This document shows positions 39,818 through 53,942 of a stretch of DNA of 64,000 bases, in pieces (the first letter of the stretch is position 1; each line of letters begins with the position of its first letter). The position numbers were made by a program, and so were the translations under genes. Below the pieces are notes generated by a model. That model saw only the letters and a list, made by a program, of their open reading frames with translations, made no database searches and was not told the origin of the DNA. The stretch spans positions 44,826,001 through 44,890,000 of the forward strand of contig NC_043010.1 of the NCBI RefSeq assembly GCF_006345805.1, read 5' to 3'. This stretch comes from Octopus sinensis (lineage: Eukaryota).

Positions 39818-40920
39818 CACACACATATATATACACACACATATTCTGATATTCACGTCGTTGAATTTTTGAATTCCTGAATACAGTACGACTTTTGCAA
39901 TGAAAAGGATGTTTACATTTTCGAATACCCAGGGAGAGTCAAAAAGAAAAGAAAACAAGTTGTAGGAAGGAATTACAACCGTGTTTCGTGGTCTGCTACC
40001 ACAACAGCTCCTTTATAGGATCCAGTTAGCTCAAGACATCATCAGGAGGAACTACGCCCAGTTTCGGTCCCTACTCCTCCACCGTTTTGACGTGGGGCCC
40101 CCCCACTTTCGGAGGTGTCTTCAGCTCTGGTGTTGGGTGCATGTCTTCTTTCTTCTTCTTTCTTCTGTTTCTTGTAAATCATAAAGTTTTGTGATTTACT
40201 AAATATGGTCTTTTGTATGACCGCACAGAGAGAAATGGTAGTGTTCTTAGAGTAAAAAGGAGGTGATGTTTACATTTTCGAATACTCAGGGAGAGAAGAA
40301 AGGATAAGTCATCACTCATTAGTTGTAGATATTAGTCGTAGATATTAAAGAATTAGGCGGCTGGACGTGTTCTTCGCTGCTCTGACCAGTCAGCAGCTGA
40401 AGAGACAGGAACACTAATACAGCCCAGCAGGTCAACTGAAAAAATAACTCTAAAAGACTGGAATATCTACAGTTTTCTGTGAGTATTTTGAATTCCCTCA
40501 AAGTAAGTTAAGGAACTTACATATCTACAGCTTTAGACATACAAATAAACACCTAAAAAAAAATTTAGAAACTTTAATATCTCCAATTTTGTGTGAACAT
40601 TTTATCTTCCCTTCTTCCTGACAAACAGAATATGTAAACATGCCTTTTATTGTAACAACACAATTAAATGCACTAAAAAAATTAAGGAAGTACGCACCTG
40701 CCAATATATACATACTGCGTAACTACAAAAACTGTAAACCAGAAAAGAAAAGAAAAATTCCAAAAGAAAATGAAATTCAGAAATTCAAAAATCCAACAAG
40801 GTAAACATCTCTTCCTCCTACTATTTTCAAAGACTGGAATATCTACAATTTCCTGTGAATATTTTAAATCTCCCTCGAAATAAAATAAGTTAGGAAACTT
40901 GCATACCTACAGCTTTCGAA
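39640..40920. repeat. Complex repeat family with internal sub-repeats
   Basis: ggtcagcagaggtcaa...aagaagcaattca and repeated gtttacattttcgaatac.cagggag; homolog at 63200-64000. Confidence 0.6.
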
Positions 40921-40944
40921 CACACAAAAAAGAAACCTTTAATA

Positions 40945-41030
40945 TTATTATTCAGGTAACTGCCTGGAATTGAACTCGGAATAATGGGGTTAGCAGCCCG
41001 CGCTCTTAACCACTAAGCCATATGCACATA
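40945..41030 (-). mobile_element. tRNA-like SINE head, family D, without tail
   Basis: Matches 59791-59865 followed by a short (AAT)n. Confidence 0.7.
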
Positions 41031-41105
41031 ATTACTCATCCCTTAAATATAGACCCTTGATCTAGTTTATATACATCCATCCATCCATACATACATATAT
41101 ACATG

Positions 41106-41156
<51 letters not shown>

Positions 41157-41221
41157 GCATATTACGGAGATGTGCTTCCATAGTAAGTGACTTGATCTGA
41201 GATCGTGTCATGGAACGAAAA

Positions 41222-41402
41222 CAATTGCAGCGTGGAAGGTGTTTATAAGCCATTTAAGATGCAGCACGGAATTTGGTCAGTGCACAGGTCGCAATTTCAA
41301 AGCAACGAAAATATTTTGGCAAATTAAATTTAAATGTTGAAGTGAATCGAACGTTTTTTCTGTTTCTTAAATGGCTTATAAACACCTTCCACGCTGTAAT
41401 TG
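41222..41402. mobile_element. MITE-like element with 38-bp inverted repeats
   Basis: caattgcagcgtggaaggtgtttataagccatttaaga and its reverse complement (one mismatch). Confidence 0.7.
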
Positions 41403-41490
<88 letters not shown>

Positions 41491-41616
41491 TGTGTGTGTG
41501 TATCTGTTTCAAAACACTATTTCACATAAGGAATCTTGCAAAACAAACGTATGTGTATGTATGTATGTATGTATATATATATATATACATAAATGCATAC
41601 ATACATACAAACATAA

Positions 41617-41672
<56 letters not shown>

Positions 41673-41674
<2 letters not shown>

Positions 41675-41872
41675 TTATTTTATAGAAGGAGCTTCTACAG
41701 GACTAGAACTGTTTCATTCAAATGAAATCATCAGGAAGCCTTCCTGATGATTTCATTTGAATGAAACAGTTCTAGTCCTGTAGAAGCTCCTTCTATAAAA
41801 TAAATTAATTACTCTGCTATGTATTGAGTACCTTATTTACTGTGGTTAACCCCGACTCAACCCGGGCCTACA
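41673..41872. mobile_element. HHR-bearing hairpin element, second locus
   Basis: Perfect 66-bp arms around a 1-nt centre (41739); same family as 13626-13860 in opposite orientation. Confidence 0.8.
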
Positions 41873-41942
<70 letters not shown>

Positions 41943-42279
41943 ATTTGATGTGGATAAATGAAAGTAAATATACTTTATAGTTATTTATATTTTTCTTAAA
42001 ATATGTATATACAACTGAAGATTGGAAAATGTACTTCTAAATTAAATTAATTTTATAAAAATTGACTTATTTAGTTTGTACATTAATCGTGAAACTAGTT
42101 GTCTATTGACCACAGTAATTAATAAAAAAGGCTCCATTTATTCAACCCGCATTACATCATTTTCGTATCAAGGAGAAAAGTCTGTTTTTATTTTATCTTT
42201 ATTCCAAAACAATGGTCATTCAACGTTGGAGTTTGGCTTTAACAGGTCTTTCGTCTTTATATATATATATATATATCTA

Positions 42280-45200
42280 AAAAAGTTTTTCAGAATGAGA
42301 TGAAAAAAACCAAGGCTGTGAAGATTTTAGAACATTTATAAAAAGAAGGTCTTACAGCTGTTTCTAGATTATTTATTATATCCCTTCATCAGAGACGGTG
42401 TGAGAAGATGGTTAAGCAATAGTTAATTTAGATAAGATACTCTTTAGAGTGTGCTTCTTTCTGATGTTTTTATTAACTATATATATACATATATATATGT
42501 GTGTGTATTTTTAATGTTTTTAAAAAGAATATTTGCATAGTAGTCAAACACAAGTGGCATTTTCCTTGTTTCTGCCTGTTTCTGTCTCTCTTGTTTACTC
42601 TTGTGGGTTCGAGGTCGTTGTGAATTCTTAGTAGGGCAGAAGAAGATTGGCTCATTATAGATTACAGCAGTGATTGGGACTGTTTTTTAATTAATCCTTG
42701 GGAATCTCTTGAGTGTATAATTTTTAATATTTGTATGTCTTTTTGTTATTGTAAGGTCGTGGTGGATATGTCGTTTGTTGTAGACGCGTTCAAAAGGTGT
42801 CTGTATAGAAAACGCAGACAGTAAACAACGGAAAACGAAAAAAAAGAAACTAAAATGTGAAAAATAAACAGTAAAAAGATAAAAGAACTATCCCCCTTAG
42901 ACCTTAAATGACAAGGCTGGAAAGATATCAAGTCAGTCAGGAATAGGCAGAATTTTCCAATTCATCAAAATATATCTTTATTTATGTATGCAATCACTGA
43001 AAATTTCTGACCTGGAGTTCAGTAGAGAGTTAGAGATTTTGGATCTGAACAGGATCTGCGCTCTTTCATCCAAACAGATGGAATACTTTTTTTGCTGAAT
43101 TTTCTTTCACGGATTAGTACATTGTATACCTCCAAACGCTGGTTTTTCACTGCAAATTCATAACTACCATATGATTGGCGTGATTGCTTTGTTAAGTTGA
43201 GTGACTCTAAAGATTCAACCAAGTTACACACTATTATGAATTTATACTACATGGATTACTCTTCACCACCAAAGAAACTATATCTCAGGATACAACAGTT
43301 GAACATCTCGTGAAACGGTTGAGATGGAAAGTTTTTTTTTTTGTTCCAGATTATCTCCCTCATAGAAAACGTTATGATTTAAAGACACGTAAATACCTTC
43401 CCATTGTTACAGATTTAGTCCACTTTGAGTCTGACCTTCTTAACTTAGTCACCAATTTTAGATTTCGTAAACACCATATCTCCTTTCAAACTAAAATGAA
43501 ATCTGATATTAAAAACTTTAGATGTTTTAAAAAGAAATTCGTATTTTCGGATAAATCTAATAACCTATATGAAGTTATTAATGATTTATACGATAAGTTG
43601 CTAAAAGACACCATTTCCTCTAAATATAAGAAAGCTAACGTAGGGAGATACTATGATATCAATGATGAAGCTAAATTCCTCGGTAAACGTAGTAATATCG
43701 ATGATAGGTTAGAATGCATAGCTACGAGAGAGGAGTTTATTACGTTAAAAGACCATAAGCCCATTTTTCATGACGATCCTACCTGTAGATTGTTAAACTC
43801 AGCGAGATCTGAAATTGGGCTAGTAGCTAAAAACATATGTAGAAACATTACTGGGCTTGAACAAAGGAATAACAGTTTTACTGTAATAGATTGGTTGAAG
43901 AATATCAAGAATAAGAATAAGGTTAAATTTACCCAGTTTGATATTATAGGCTTTTATCCTTCTATATCTAGATCGCTGCTTGATAAATCATATGTTGATA
44001 TTGAACCTATAGACCTAGTTTTTATCAGGCATGCGATGACAACACTATTGTTCAGTAAAGGATTAGCATGGGTAAAAAATAGCATAGTGACGAACTATTT
44101 GATGTATCTATGGGATCATGTGATAGTGCTGACGTCTGTGACCTTGAGGGTTTATCTAAATTAAACATATTGAGATATAGATACCCATCTCATGACGTTG
44201 GCCTATACTGTGACGTCGGTTTGGGTATTTTCCATGGGTGTGATGGTCATACCCTTGACAGATTTAGAAAGCAACTAATTTCTAACTTTAATCAATTAAG
44301 ACTTAAAATTACAGTAGCTACTAATCTGTCTATAGTGGATTATTTAGATGTTTCCTTAAACTCTACCTCGCATAAACCTTTCCATAAGCCTAATGAAAAC
44401 TCGCATATATGCATAAACATACTACTCCTGTAGTATTTAAAACCTGATAGTTAATATTAGTAACAGTGTTTAACCCCTTCTTCCAAAGAAATTTTCGAGA
44501 AAGCTGCCCCGTGGCTTCAAAGATAAATTAATATATAATCTCTCCAATAATAAACAAAATATTAAAAATAAATCTAGTGGCAGCAAAGATAAAGTAGTAC
44601 ATAACCACTCTAGTATTAATCAGGATAATAAGAAACCTAAAAATAGGCCGTGGAAAATTATTTGGTTCGCCCTCCCTTTTCCCTTAAAATAAACTAATAT
44701 TGGTAAAAGATTCCTGTCTCTCCTAGACAAACACTTTCCAACCGCTCACAGATACAGAAAAATATTTAATAGGCGTGAAATTATCATATAGCTGCTGCCT
44801 CAATATGAAGAGTATCATTACATGTGGTCAATACCAAGAGCCTGAATCCAGTTGCAACTGTCACGATCCAGGATCTTGTCCAATTGACCAACGATGTACG
44901 ACCAAATCTATCATATATGAGGCAGAACTTACTGCAACACTAAATAATAATACAACTGCTAAGAAGACCTATATTGGCTTATGTGAAGGTGAATTTAAAA
45001 ATCGCTATGCTTATCACATAGCCTCTTTCCGACATAGGGACAAAGGTAAAGCTACAAGGCTGGCTAGCTACGTATGGACTTTGAACAATAACGAAACACC
45101 CCATGGGATTAAATGAGAAGTTATTGAGAAATCCATACCCTATGTGAATACATCGAATGAATGTAGACTTTGCCTGAAAGAGCGCAGATCCTGTTCAGAT

Positions 45201-45395
45201 CTAAGACCCCTAACTCTCTATTGAACTCCTGATCAGAAATTTTCAATGCATGCATATGTATGAATATATTTTGAAGATTTGGAAAATTCCGCCTATTCTT
45301 GACTGACTTGATATCTTTCCAGCCTTATCATTTAAGGTCTAAGGAGGATAGCTGTACCTTTTTACTTCTTATTTTTTTACATTTTTGTTTCTACG
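42280..45395 (+). mobile_element. Defective PLE (RT plus C-terminal GIY-YIG) with an inverted upstream 3'-end copy
   Basis: ORF pieces 43310-44164, 44110-44433 and 44775-45116; YRDD decayed to YCDV; ~42850-43070 is the reverse complement of ~45176-45390. Confidence 0.85.
42349..42396 (-). ncRNA. Type I hammerhead ribozyme motif in the inverted PLE end
   Basis: GTCT CTGATGA [aGGGAT..ATCTa] GAAAC AGCT GT A AGAC; palindromic ACAGCTGT. Confidence 0.7.
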
Positions 45396-45417
45396 CACAT
45401 ACGCACACACACACACA

Positions 45418-45454
<37 letters not shown>

Positions 45455-45741
45455 ACACACACACACACACATTCACATATATGTATGTATACCAATTTAA
45501 TTGGAAAAAATATGAGGCACACGTGTAGTATTAACATAGTCATGATCGCCTGATTATACACGATATAATGGGAAAAAACTATTTCGAATCAAGTCTGACA
45601 AGTTATACACTGCAGGTTAGAAAAAAACACACTGACATCCAAAGTTTCCTTTCCAAAATAAAAATCATAAATATTTCAACGGCTTACTCTTGCAAAAGCA
45701 GCTTAAATAACAACAATACGTACATCCATATATATATATAT

Positions 45742-45794
<53 letters not shown>

Positions 45795-46203
45795 TAGGCA
45801 CTTATATGGTATCACAGTCAGAACAAAGGGCTATAATAATCAATAGAAGGCAGAATATGTATAAGAAAAAATTATGTAACGGCTAACTATTCATGAATAG
45901 ATTCTGTGTTTGCCAGGAATAAACGTTGTTGTGTACAAACATTTTGATAGTGTAAGGCCTACTTACAACTACACTACCACGTACGCACAGTCAGCAATGT
46001 GATACACCGTAGATAACTACAGTACGCACACATACACACTCACACACACACACACACATGTATATACGTGCCCCACAATGTATACATACAAATACAGTTG
46101 GTATAACACATACAAACACAGATGTATATTTACAAATATATGTAGTACCACACTTACACGCATATATTCTTATATGCACATATGCAACCATACACTTGTG
46201 TAT

Positions 46204-46271
<68 letters not shown>

Positions 46272-46276
<5 letters not shown>

Positions 46277-46480
46277 ACCTCGTGTGTACCGTTGGCGATT
46301 TTTTTTTCCTATGTCTTCCCTTCTCTGGATCTTTCCTTCTCCTATGTTTCCGACGAAGAGCTCCGCTCGAAACGTTAAACCCTCCTTCTTTCCTTCTTTC
46401 CCGAGCGTCCAATAATACTATATTTGTTCCATGTCCTCGCGTTGTTGTGTTTTTTTGTGCTTTCTTGTTTGGATTAACTA
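46272..46480 (+). mobile_element. ~200-bp HHR-bearing element in (TA)n
   Basis: Homolog of 22965-23163; HHR fold at 46346-46380. Confidence 0.7.
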
Positions 46481-47689
46481 TATATATATATATATAAATA
46501 TATATATCACAAAGAACTAGATAGAGTATATAGAAGTTAAAGTGGCGTTGATAGAAAAGCTGCAGATTTGATATGTGTTCATACCTAGATGAGACGTGAT
46601 AAAGGGAATGGAGATTGAAAAAAAGAATTGTAATAAAAATGTAAACAGAAAGAAGATTGTAAAGAAACCATTGAAGAAATGAAAAAAACTTTAAAAAGTG
46701 GAAAAAAAATAAACATTGCGATTTTGCAAATGTAAACACTTCTAGAAGCACTTATTGTGGTAATGGAATCATCTACCGCCGCCACCGCAACCTCCTAAAT
46801 ACATATCATCTGTCTACGAACAGTTAACCTGTATATAAGTTTTCTTAAAATTTCATTCTCGGTGTGTCTATAGTATATCCGAGAAGTCGAAACCTATGAT
46901 ATTTCGCACTTTCATGACCAGAAGTAATATTACATACAATAGGGAGTTGTATAACATTCCAACACGGATCAACTAGATATGCACAACACAATTGCTCGAT
47001 AGGACAGACACTAAAATCTAAACACCACTATGTTAACAAAATGCGAGCTAAGTATCAAAGCTTTAGAACTCTATGAATCCGACCCCGTAAAAGAGGAGAA
47101 AAAAAATCAAAATATATTAAAATCTGCGAGGACTCTTACTCTTCCAAAAAGAGACTTTATTCCGACATCAGGTAAGTTAGGAAGTCGATAAAACATCTAT
47201 TTTTTCACACAGGAGCGGAACTTCCACGAATTAGACAACAGCATCCTTATATCAAAACGAATAGTTAGAAAAAATAGTGCCTATAATCACAACAGAAGCT
47301 TTCGGCAACCAAATATTGCTTTGATTCACACTCAGTACCCGGCAACCAAGTTCAAGACATTAATTGCCTCGAAGAGACGATAGAAGACAGTTACCGAAGA
47401 AACGTAGGACTAAACTCGAAAACACGTGCTCAGGACGCTTCATCAACCAAGAAAATGTGGAAGCTTCAGTGAAATAGGTCTTCACCTTGAAGGGCAAGAA
47501 CTGGTATCAGTGCGGAATCAAAGAGCAGGCAGAAAGGTAGCTTTAGACGGTGCAACACGATGGCCTCTACTTTGAATGCTAGGTTGCTTTTGTTGTAATT
47601 TGAGGAATAAAGCAAATAAGTTATTAAGATATTGCAAAACTTCTGATTCAATACAACAGTCAATACAATAGTTTATAGCAACTAGTCAT

Positions 47690-47980
47690 ACTGCGGCGAA
47701 CACCAGAAGCGAAAAAGTTGTCTGATGTTCAAAGAGGGTGTATTGTAGGTCAATCTGAGGTTGGATTTAGCCAGCGTAAGATTGCACAAAGCGTCAGATT
47801 CTCTTTCCCATAGTCAACAGAACGATAGTGCAACAATTCACCAGCGAAGGAAAACAATCAACAGCATCCTGCTCAAGTCAACCTGGACTCTCTGACAAGT
47901 GTCTTCGCGCTGAGTGGTTTGTTTACAATAATTCCCGTTGTAAGGCATTTAGCAGCCAGGACCGTCGCTAAGCCCCTGCA
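47690..47980 (+). pseudogene. Tc1-type transposase N-terminal HTH fragment
   Basis: Manual translation KLSDVQRGCIVGQSEVGFSQRKIAQ. Confidence 0.55.
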
Positions 47981-48392
47981 ACCCCTGCGGTCGAAGGTAG
48001 CCTCCGTGGTTGGTGGTGGTGGTGGTGGTGGGGGGCCTATGTTAAGATCAAAGTACATATATGAGTAATCTATTTACTTTAGTTAAGAAGTTAACTGAAA
48101 ATTTCAAGCCAGAAAAAATACGAGAGTGTACCGTAAATAAATTTAAAAGAAACGAAAAATGTTAATGAAAAATGCTTGTCAACGAATTTCCTTGGGAGAT
48201 AAAAGAAAAATGAAAGAAATCCCAAAAAATGAAAATAAGAACAACCTCAATAGAAAAAGAACAAGTAAAAGAAGCAATGGTGACGAAAGGTAAGGAATGT
48301 GTACTTATACACACATACAAACATGCACACACAGGTATACGTACACAGATACATTCATACATACACACATGTATGTATATATATATATATAT

Positions 48393-49066
48393 ATTAATAG
48401 TTACCGCCATACTTATATGGCAGTCTTATAAATATAAGACTAAAGCTGTCGCTGATTAGCTCCAAGAGGCCACCGCCTCAAGCTAGCTATTTGACACACA
48501 ACCTGCGTCCATTATATAAACCTTCGAACAGGGAAGGTCAGCCGCTTCATCCTGCCGGTCAGACAGCTGCAGACATGTTTCAGGGTATTTGCCCTTTATC
48601 AATGCAGCGTACTCAGACCCAGCAGGTGTCGCTACTGACTGTCCCTGTTCGAAGAATCTATTTACCTAGTTTCAGTGGAATACATCCACTTGTTTTCAAT
48701 AATAGAAATATTAAAATTTCTAAGTCTCTCTAAAGAAGATTACGGCAGCGTTACTGGAAATTAATAGTTATCGCCATACTTATATAGCAGTCTTATAAAT
48801 ATAAGACTAAAGCTGTCGCTGATTAGCTCCAAGAGGCCACCGCCTCAAGCTAGCGGCTGACTTCCCCTGTTCGAAGGTTTATATAATGGACGCAGGTTGT
48901 GTGTCAAATAGCTAGCTTGAGGCGGTGGCCTCTTGGAGCTAATCAGCGACAGCTTTAGTCTTATATTTATAAGTATGGCCATATAAGTATGGCGATAACT
49001 ATTAATTTCCAGTAACGCTGCCGTAATCTCCTTTAGAGAGACTTAGTAATTTTAATATTTCTATTA
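48393..49066. mobile_element. Retrozyme-like repeat, second locus (tandem plus inverted segment)
   Basis: Units start at 48393 and 48760; inverted segment 48853-49066. Confidence 0.75.
48566..48608 (-). ncRNA. Type I hammerhead ribozyme, U3-A8 variant (identical to 30382-30424)
   Basis: Same 43-nt sequence. Confidence 0.75.
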
Positions 49067-49461
49067 TATATATATGCACACATATACACTGGTATTTTTT
49101 TTTCCGTTTACCAAATCCATTCACAAGGATTTGGTCAGCTCGGGTCGATAGATAGATATACGTGTATCAAAGAGACACACATCTCTTAATCTCTCTGTCT
49201 CTCCCTGTTTCTCACTTCATTTCTCTCTTTCCTTCTCTGTATAGGTGGCCAATTTGTACCCAGAACAGTGGCCTTTGACCTGGAGACAAAAAATGGAGAC
49301 AAAATTCTTTCTGTACCAAAAACCAAGGCGTGGCGGCAAGCGCACACACTCACATACAGAAGTCTGTATGTGTGTATGCAGCTATGTATGTATGTATGTA
49401 TGTATGTATGTATGTATGTATGTATGATGTATGTATGTATGTATGTATGTATGTATGTATG

Positions 49462-49498
<37 letters not shown>

Positions 49499-49507
49499 AT
49501 ATACATA

Positions 49508-50730
49508 CTAGCAGCTAAGCCCTGTTTTACCCGATCGGTTTGGATAATGTAGCTCTTAAACTTGCTCTGTGTAAGCATTCGACTTGTTTGGGCACGCTTA
49601 CGTTAAAAAACTATTTTAGAATGACTTTTTTCTGTTAAAACGCTAAAAATATCTGACCAAAGAAAAAAACAACAACCAAGATTCAACCAAATCAAAAAAT
49701 AAACCCAAATACTAAGCGAACAAAGATGAATCATCCCACTTCCATTGCGCACGCGAACATACACACACACGTTCACATACCCACCCTTTCACATACACAC
49801 ACATATACTCACACAGAGTTGAAACGCTGTTTGATTTATTATTTCAGCGTACAATTTTCCTCATCCCACTACCAAGTATGACATCACCTCTTCCTTCCTT
49901 ATTCATCTACCACCCCTTCCTTTCCCAAGAGTATTATTATGGTAGATTATCTCGGTAACCATGGGAGCTATGAAGAAACACAAAGCCCAGCATCACCACC
50001 GGATCATCCTACACATCTGTGCAATTTTTCGCGTTTGCGGTATATTAGGAGCTCAACTAAGATGATAGCAAAAGGAAAGAAAAAAAAAAACGTTGAAATC
50101 AGGGCCGGAGGATTTCTGAGGGTGCACTCTACCCCACCCCTCCGTTTTCCACAGAAAAAATGCATTTGTGGTATATAAAGAGGCCGACCAAGATGATAAC
50201 ATTAAAAAATTGCTGAAAATAATTTTCCGAGTGAAATCGGGGCTGGAAAGAAGAATTTCCGAGGTTCCTCTCCACCCCACCCCTCTGTTTTTCACGGGAA
50301 AAAAATGCATTTCCTACACATTATGAGATGAATTAAGACGATTTCAGCAAAAAAAAAAAAAATCGCTGGAGACGGGGTCAGAAAGGGGAATTTCCGATGT
50401 CCGGATCATCACCGCCCCTCCACTCCCTCCGCCCCCTCCGCTCCCCTGCCCCCTCCGCTCCCCTGCCCCCTCCGCTCCCTCCGCCCCCTCCGCTCCCTCC
50501 GCCCCCTCCGCTCCCTCCGCCCCCTCCGCTCCCTCCGCCCCCTCCGCTCCCTCCGCCCCCTCCGCCCCTCCGCATTTCCAACAGCTTACGAAGTCAGTGT
50601 GAGAAGCAGCAATCACAGTGTCTCATTTGTGTACCCGGTAACACACTTACAGTGAACCAGTTGTTTATTTTCTGTGTCCACTTTTGTTCTTATGTGTAAA
50701 TGAACCTTTAATTTCTCTCGATATATATGA
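49508..50730 (-). mobile_element. Non-autonomous Helitron-like element containing a GC-rich 18-bp minisatellite (50413-50573)
   Basis: CTAG|T end with a weak hairpin; 5' end tentative. Confidence 0.45.
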
Positions 50731-51225
50731 GGTCTCTGAAATTGTACAATATATTTATTTGATCAGCGTGACATTTTGATTTGCTTCTCAAGTTCATACA
50801 AACACCCATACACACACACACACGCACACGCACACGCGCGCGCACACACACACACACGCAAACACACACACACACACACACAAACACACACACGCACTCA
50901 CACAAACACAAACACAAGAAGGATTGCTGAAAAGTTCCAGCCTTTAAGAGTATATATAATTATATAATTATATAAATATAAATATAATTATATAATTATA
51001 TATTATATTTTATATTTTATATTTCTATTTCCTTGTCTAATTATATTTACAATATATTTTGTATAATGCCTTTACTGTTATGTAATGGTGTAATAAAGTA
51101 TTGATTGGGTATCATCTGATGGTTGATGTTTGATTGATTTAAGTATGTTTCTCCATTTTCTAATTTTGTATATATATATATTATATATTATATATATATC
51201 ATATATTATATATATATGTATATAT

Positions 51226-51609
51226 AGGCGCAGAGTGGCTGTGTGGTAAGTAGCTTGCTAACCAACCACATGGTTCCGGGTTCGGTCCCACTGCGTGGCA
51301 TCTTGGGCAAGTGTCTTCTGCTATAGCCCCGGGCCGACCGAAACTGAAAGAAGCCTGTCGTATATATGTATATATGTATATATATGTATGTATGTGTGTG
51401 TGTTTGTGTGTCTGTGTTTGTCCCCCTAGCATTGCCTGACAACCGATGCTGGTGTGTTTACGTCCCCGTCACTTAGCGGTTCGGCAAAAGAGACCGATAG
51501 AATAAGTACTGGGCTTACAAAGAATAAGTTCCGGGGTCGATTTGCTCGACTAAAGGCGGTGCTCCAGCATGGCCGCAGTCAAATGACTGAAACAAGTAAA
51601 AGAGTAAAG
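51226..51609 (+). mobile_element. SINE family B with an internal deletion
   Basis: tRNA-like head and conserved tail, as at 9737-10151. Confidence 0.85.
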
Positions 51610-51661
51610 AGTATATATATAAACACACACAAATACATACATACATACATACATACATACA

Positions 51662-51741
<80 letters not shown>

Positions 51742-51831
51742 GCATATATATATAAACACACAAATAGATACATACATATATATATATTATATATATATAT
51801 ATATATATGTAAGAACAAACAGCTGAAAAAG

Positions 51832-53942
51832 ATGGAACTTTACTCGCTGGATTTTTCTCAGAAACAATATCTCAAAGGTCTTATAGAGAAAACGGAAGAG
51901 TTTATTCGAAGATTGAGATGGAAAGCTTTCTTCTTTGATAATAAACAGAAAATAGAAGGAAACAAATATGGATTTAAGTCTCCCAGAAACCCGCCACCCA
52001 TTCCGGAATTAGAAGCCTTCGAGAAAGACCTTTTCGAGCTTATTAGAAAAATTAAATTCCGCAAATATACCAACCAATTACAGAAAAATATGAGAGAAAA
52101 AATTAAGGAGATTAACGACTCGAATAAGATCTTCGTTAATTCAGATAAGACAAGGAACTTATATGCACTTGATAAGGACGTTTATAAGCGCCTGATTTCG
52201 AATAGTGTCACAGACACATACAAAAAAGACAACACGAATATATACAAAGAGGTGAACTTAGAAGCAAGAGGAATAGCTAACGATCTTAAGATTAGCGATA
52301 GGATTGAATATCTTTCACTACGACCAGCTTTTATTACTCTGAAAGACCATAAAGCCAATTTTAGTAGAAACCCCAAATGTAGATTGATAAATCCGGCTAA
52401 AACTGAGATAGGAATTATTAGCAAAAATATTTTGGACCGTATTTTAGTTAAGTTAGATAGTGAAGTAGACTTGAGAATTTGGAAAATAGTAAGTCAGTCA
52501 TAGAGTGGTTTAAAGGTATTAGCTATAAGAATAATTGTAGTTTCACACAATTCGACATTATTGACTTTTACCCGTCAATATCTAGGACGTTGCTCCTAAG
52601 GGCATTGGACTTCGCCAAGCAGTATGTCAACATCGATAGCTCGGAAATTGATATTATTATGCATGCGAGGAAATCGCTTCTTTTTTTCGAGGATTCCACC
52701 TGGATTAAGAAGACTGAGGATTCTCTTTTCGATGTACCGATGGGGGCATACGACGGGGCTGAGTCATGTATGCTCATAGGAGCCTTTATTCTCCATAACC
52801 TAAAAATAGAATTCCCATTTATAGATGCAGATTTATATAGGGATGACGGCCTTATAGCCACGCATAATCTAAACGGCCATGAATCAGATAGACTTAGGAA
52901 GGACCTCATAGCTTTCTTTCAAAGGATGGGCTTACGGGTTATGATAGATGCTAACCTGAATAGTGTAGATTTTTTAAACGTAAATTTTAATGTAAGATCG
53001 GATAGATTTAAACCTTTCCGTAAGCCCAATGAAAAGCTATCGTATATTAGCAAAGATTCGAACCATCCACCAGTTATCCTTAGGAACTTAGTCAGCAATG
53101 TAGGTAGAAGAATATCTTCAATTTCTTCGGACGAGGCAGCATTCCATAATGCTGCACCTTATTACGATAGCGCATTAAAGAATAGTGGATTCTCTGAGAA
53201 GATCCAGTTCAACCAGCTTAATGCTGATAATAATGCTGCACGAAGAACTAGGACCAGGAAAGTTTTGTGGTTCAACCCGGCTTTCAATTTGGCCGTAAAG
53301 ACTAATATAGGTAAGGAATTTTTGAGATTAGTTTCTAAGCATTTTAAGCAGGGTCATAAATTATATAGGATATTTAATAGAAGAACCCTGAAGGTTAGCT
53401 ATTCTTGTTGCAGAAATTTCGCCTCTTACATTAGCCAACATAATAGGAAGCTAATTGAGATTAGACATGGTGCCGAGCCCATTAAGAAATGCAATTGCAA
53501 AAACGAAAGCTCCTGTCCGTTAGAAGGGAAATGTCTAGTGAAAGGAGTAGTTTATAGAGCCAAGGTGCAAGTGGAAGGCTCATCGGAATACAAGACATAC
53601 ACAGGGGCTTCAGAAAATTCATTTAAAACAAGATTTTATTCTCATAAAAATTCATTTAAATACCCAGAGAATAGGAAGAGGACCAGCCTAGCAAAATATG
53701 TCTGGGAACTAAAAGAAAAGGAAGCCCCACCTTTCAACGTGACATGGAGCATTCTGGACAGGGTGGCACCATACAGGCATGGAGCATACAAAAATAATTT
53801 CAAGTGCAAACTTTGTCTGTTAGAAAAAATGTACATCTTATTCAAAGACAATAATTCTTTGAATCAAAGACGTGAGCTAATGAACTTATGTAGGCACGCG
53901 GCTAAATTTAAAATGTCGAATATAAATATACCATATGGATAG
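51832..53942 (+). CDS. PLE polyprotein (RT plus C-terminal GIY-YIG), single frameshift near 52483-52486
   Basis: RT motifs [27 protein letters not shown]; [15 protein letters not shown] linker; [11 protein letters not shown] endonuclease; [11 protein letters not shown]. Confidence 0.9.

Noticed and set aside
39975-40010. GTGGT/ACCAC stem plus GAAAC ACG GTT on the - strand
   Set aside because: The 5' core and stem I are missing; too partial to call.
45110-45120. In-frame TGA in the PLE as selenocysteine recoding
   Set aside because: It falls at a conserved Trp position (I-K-W) in an element with many other lesions, so TGG>TGA decay is simpler.
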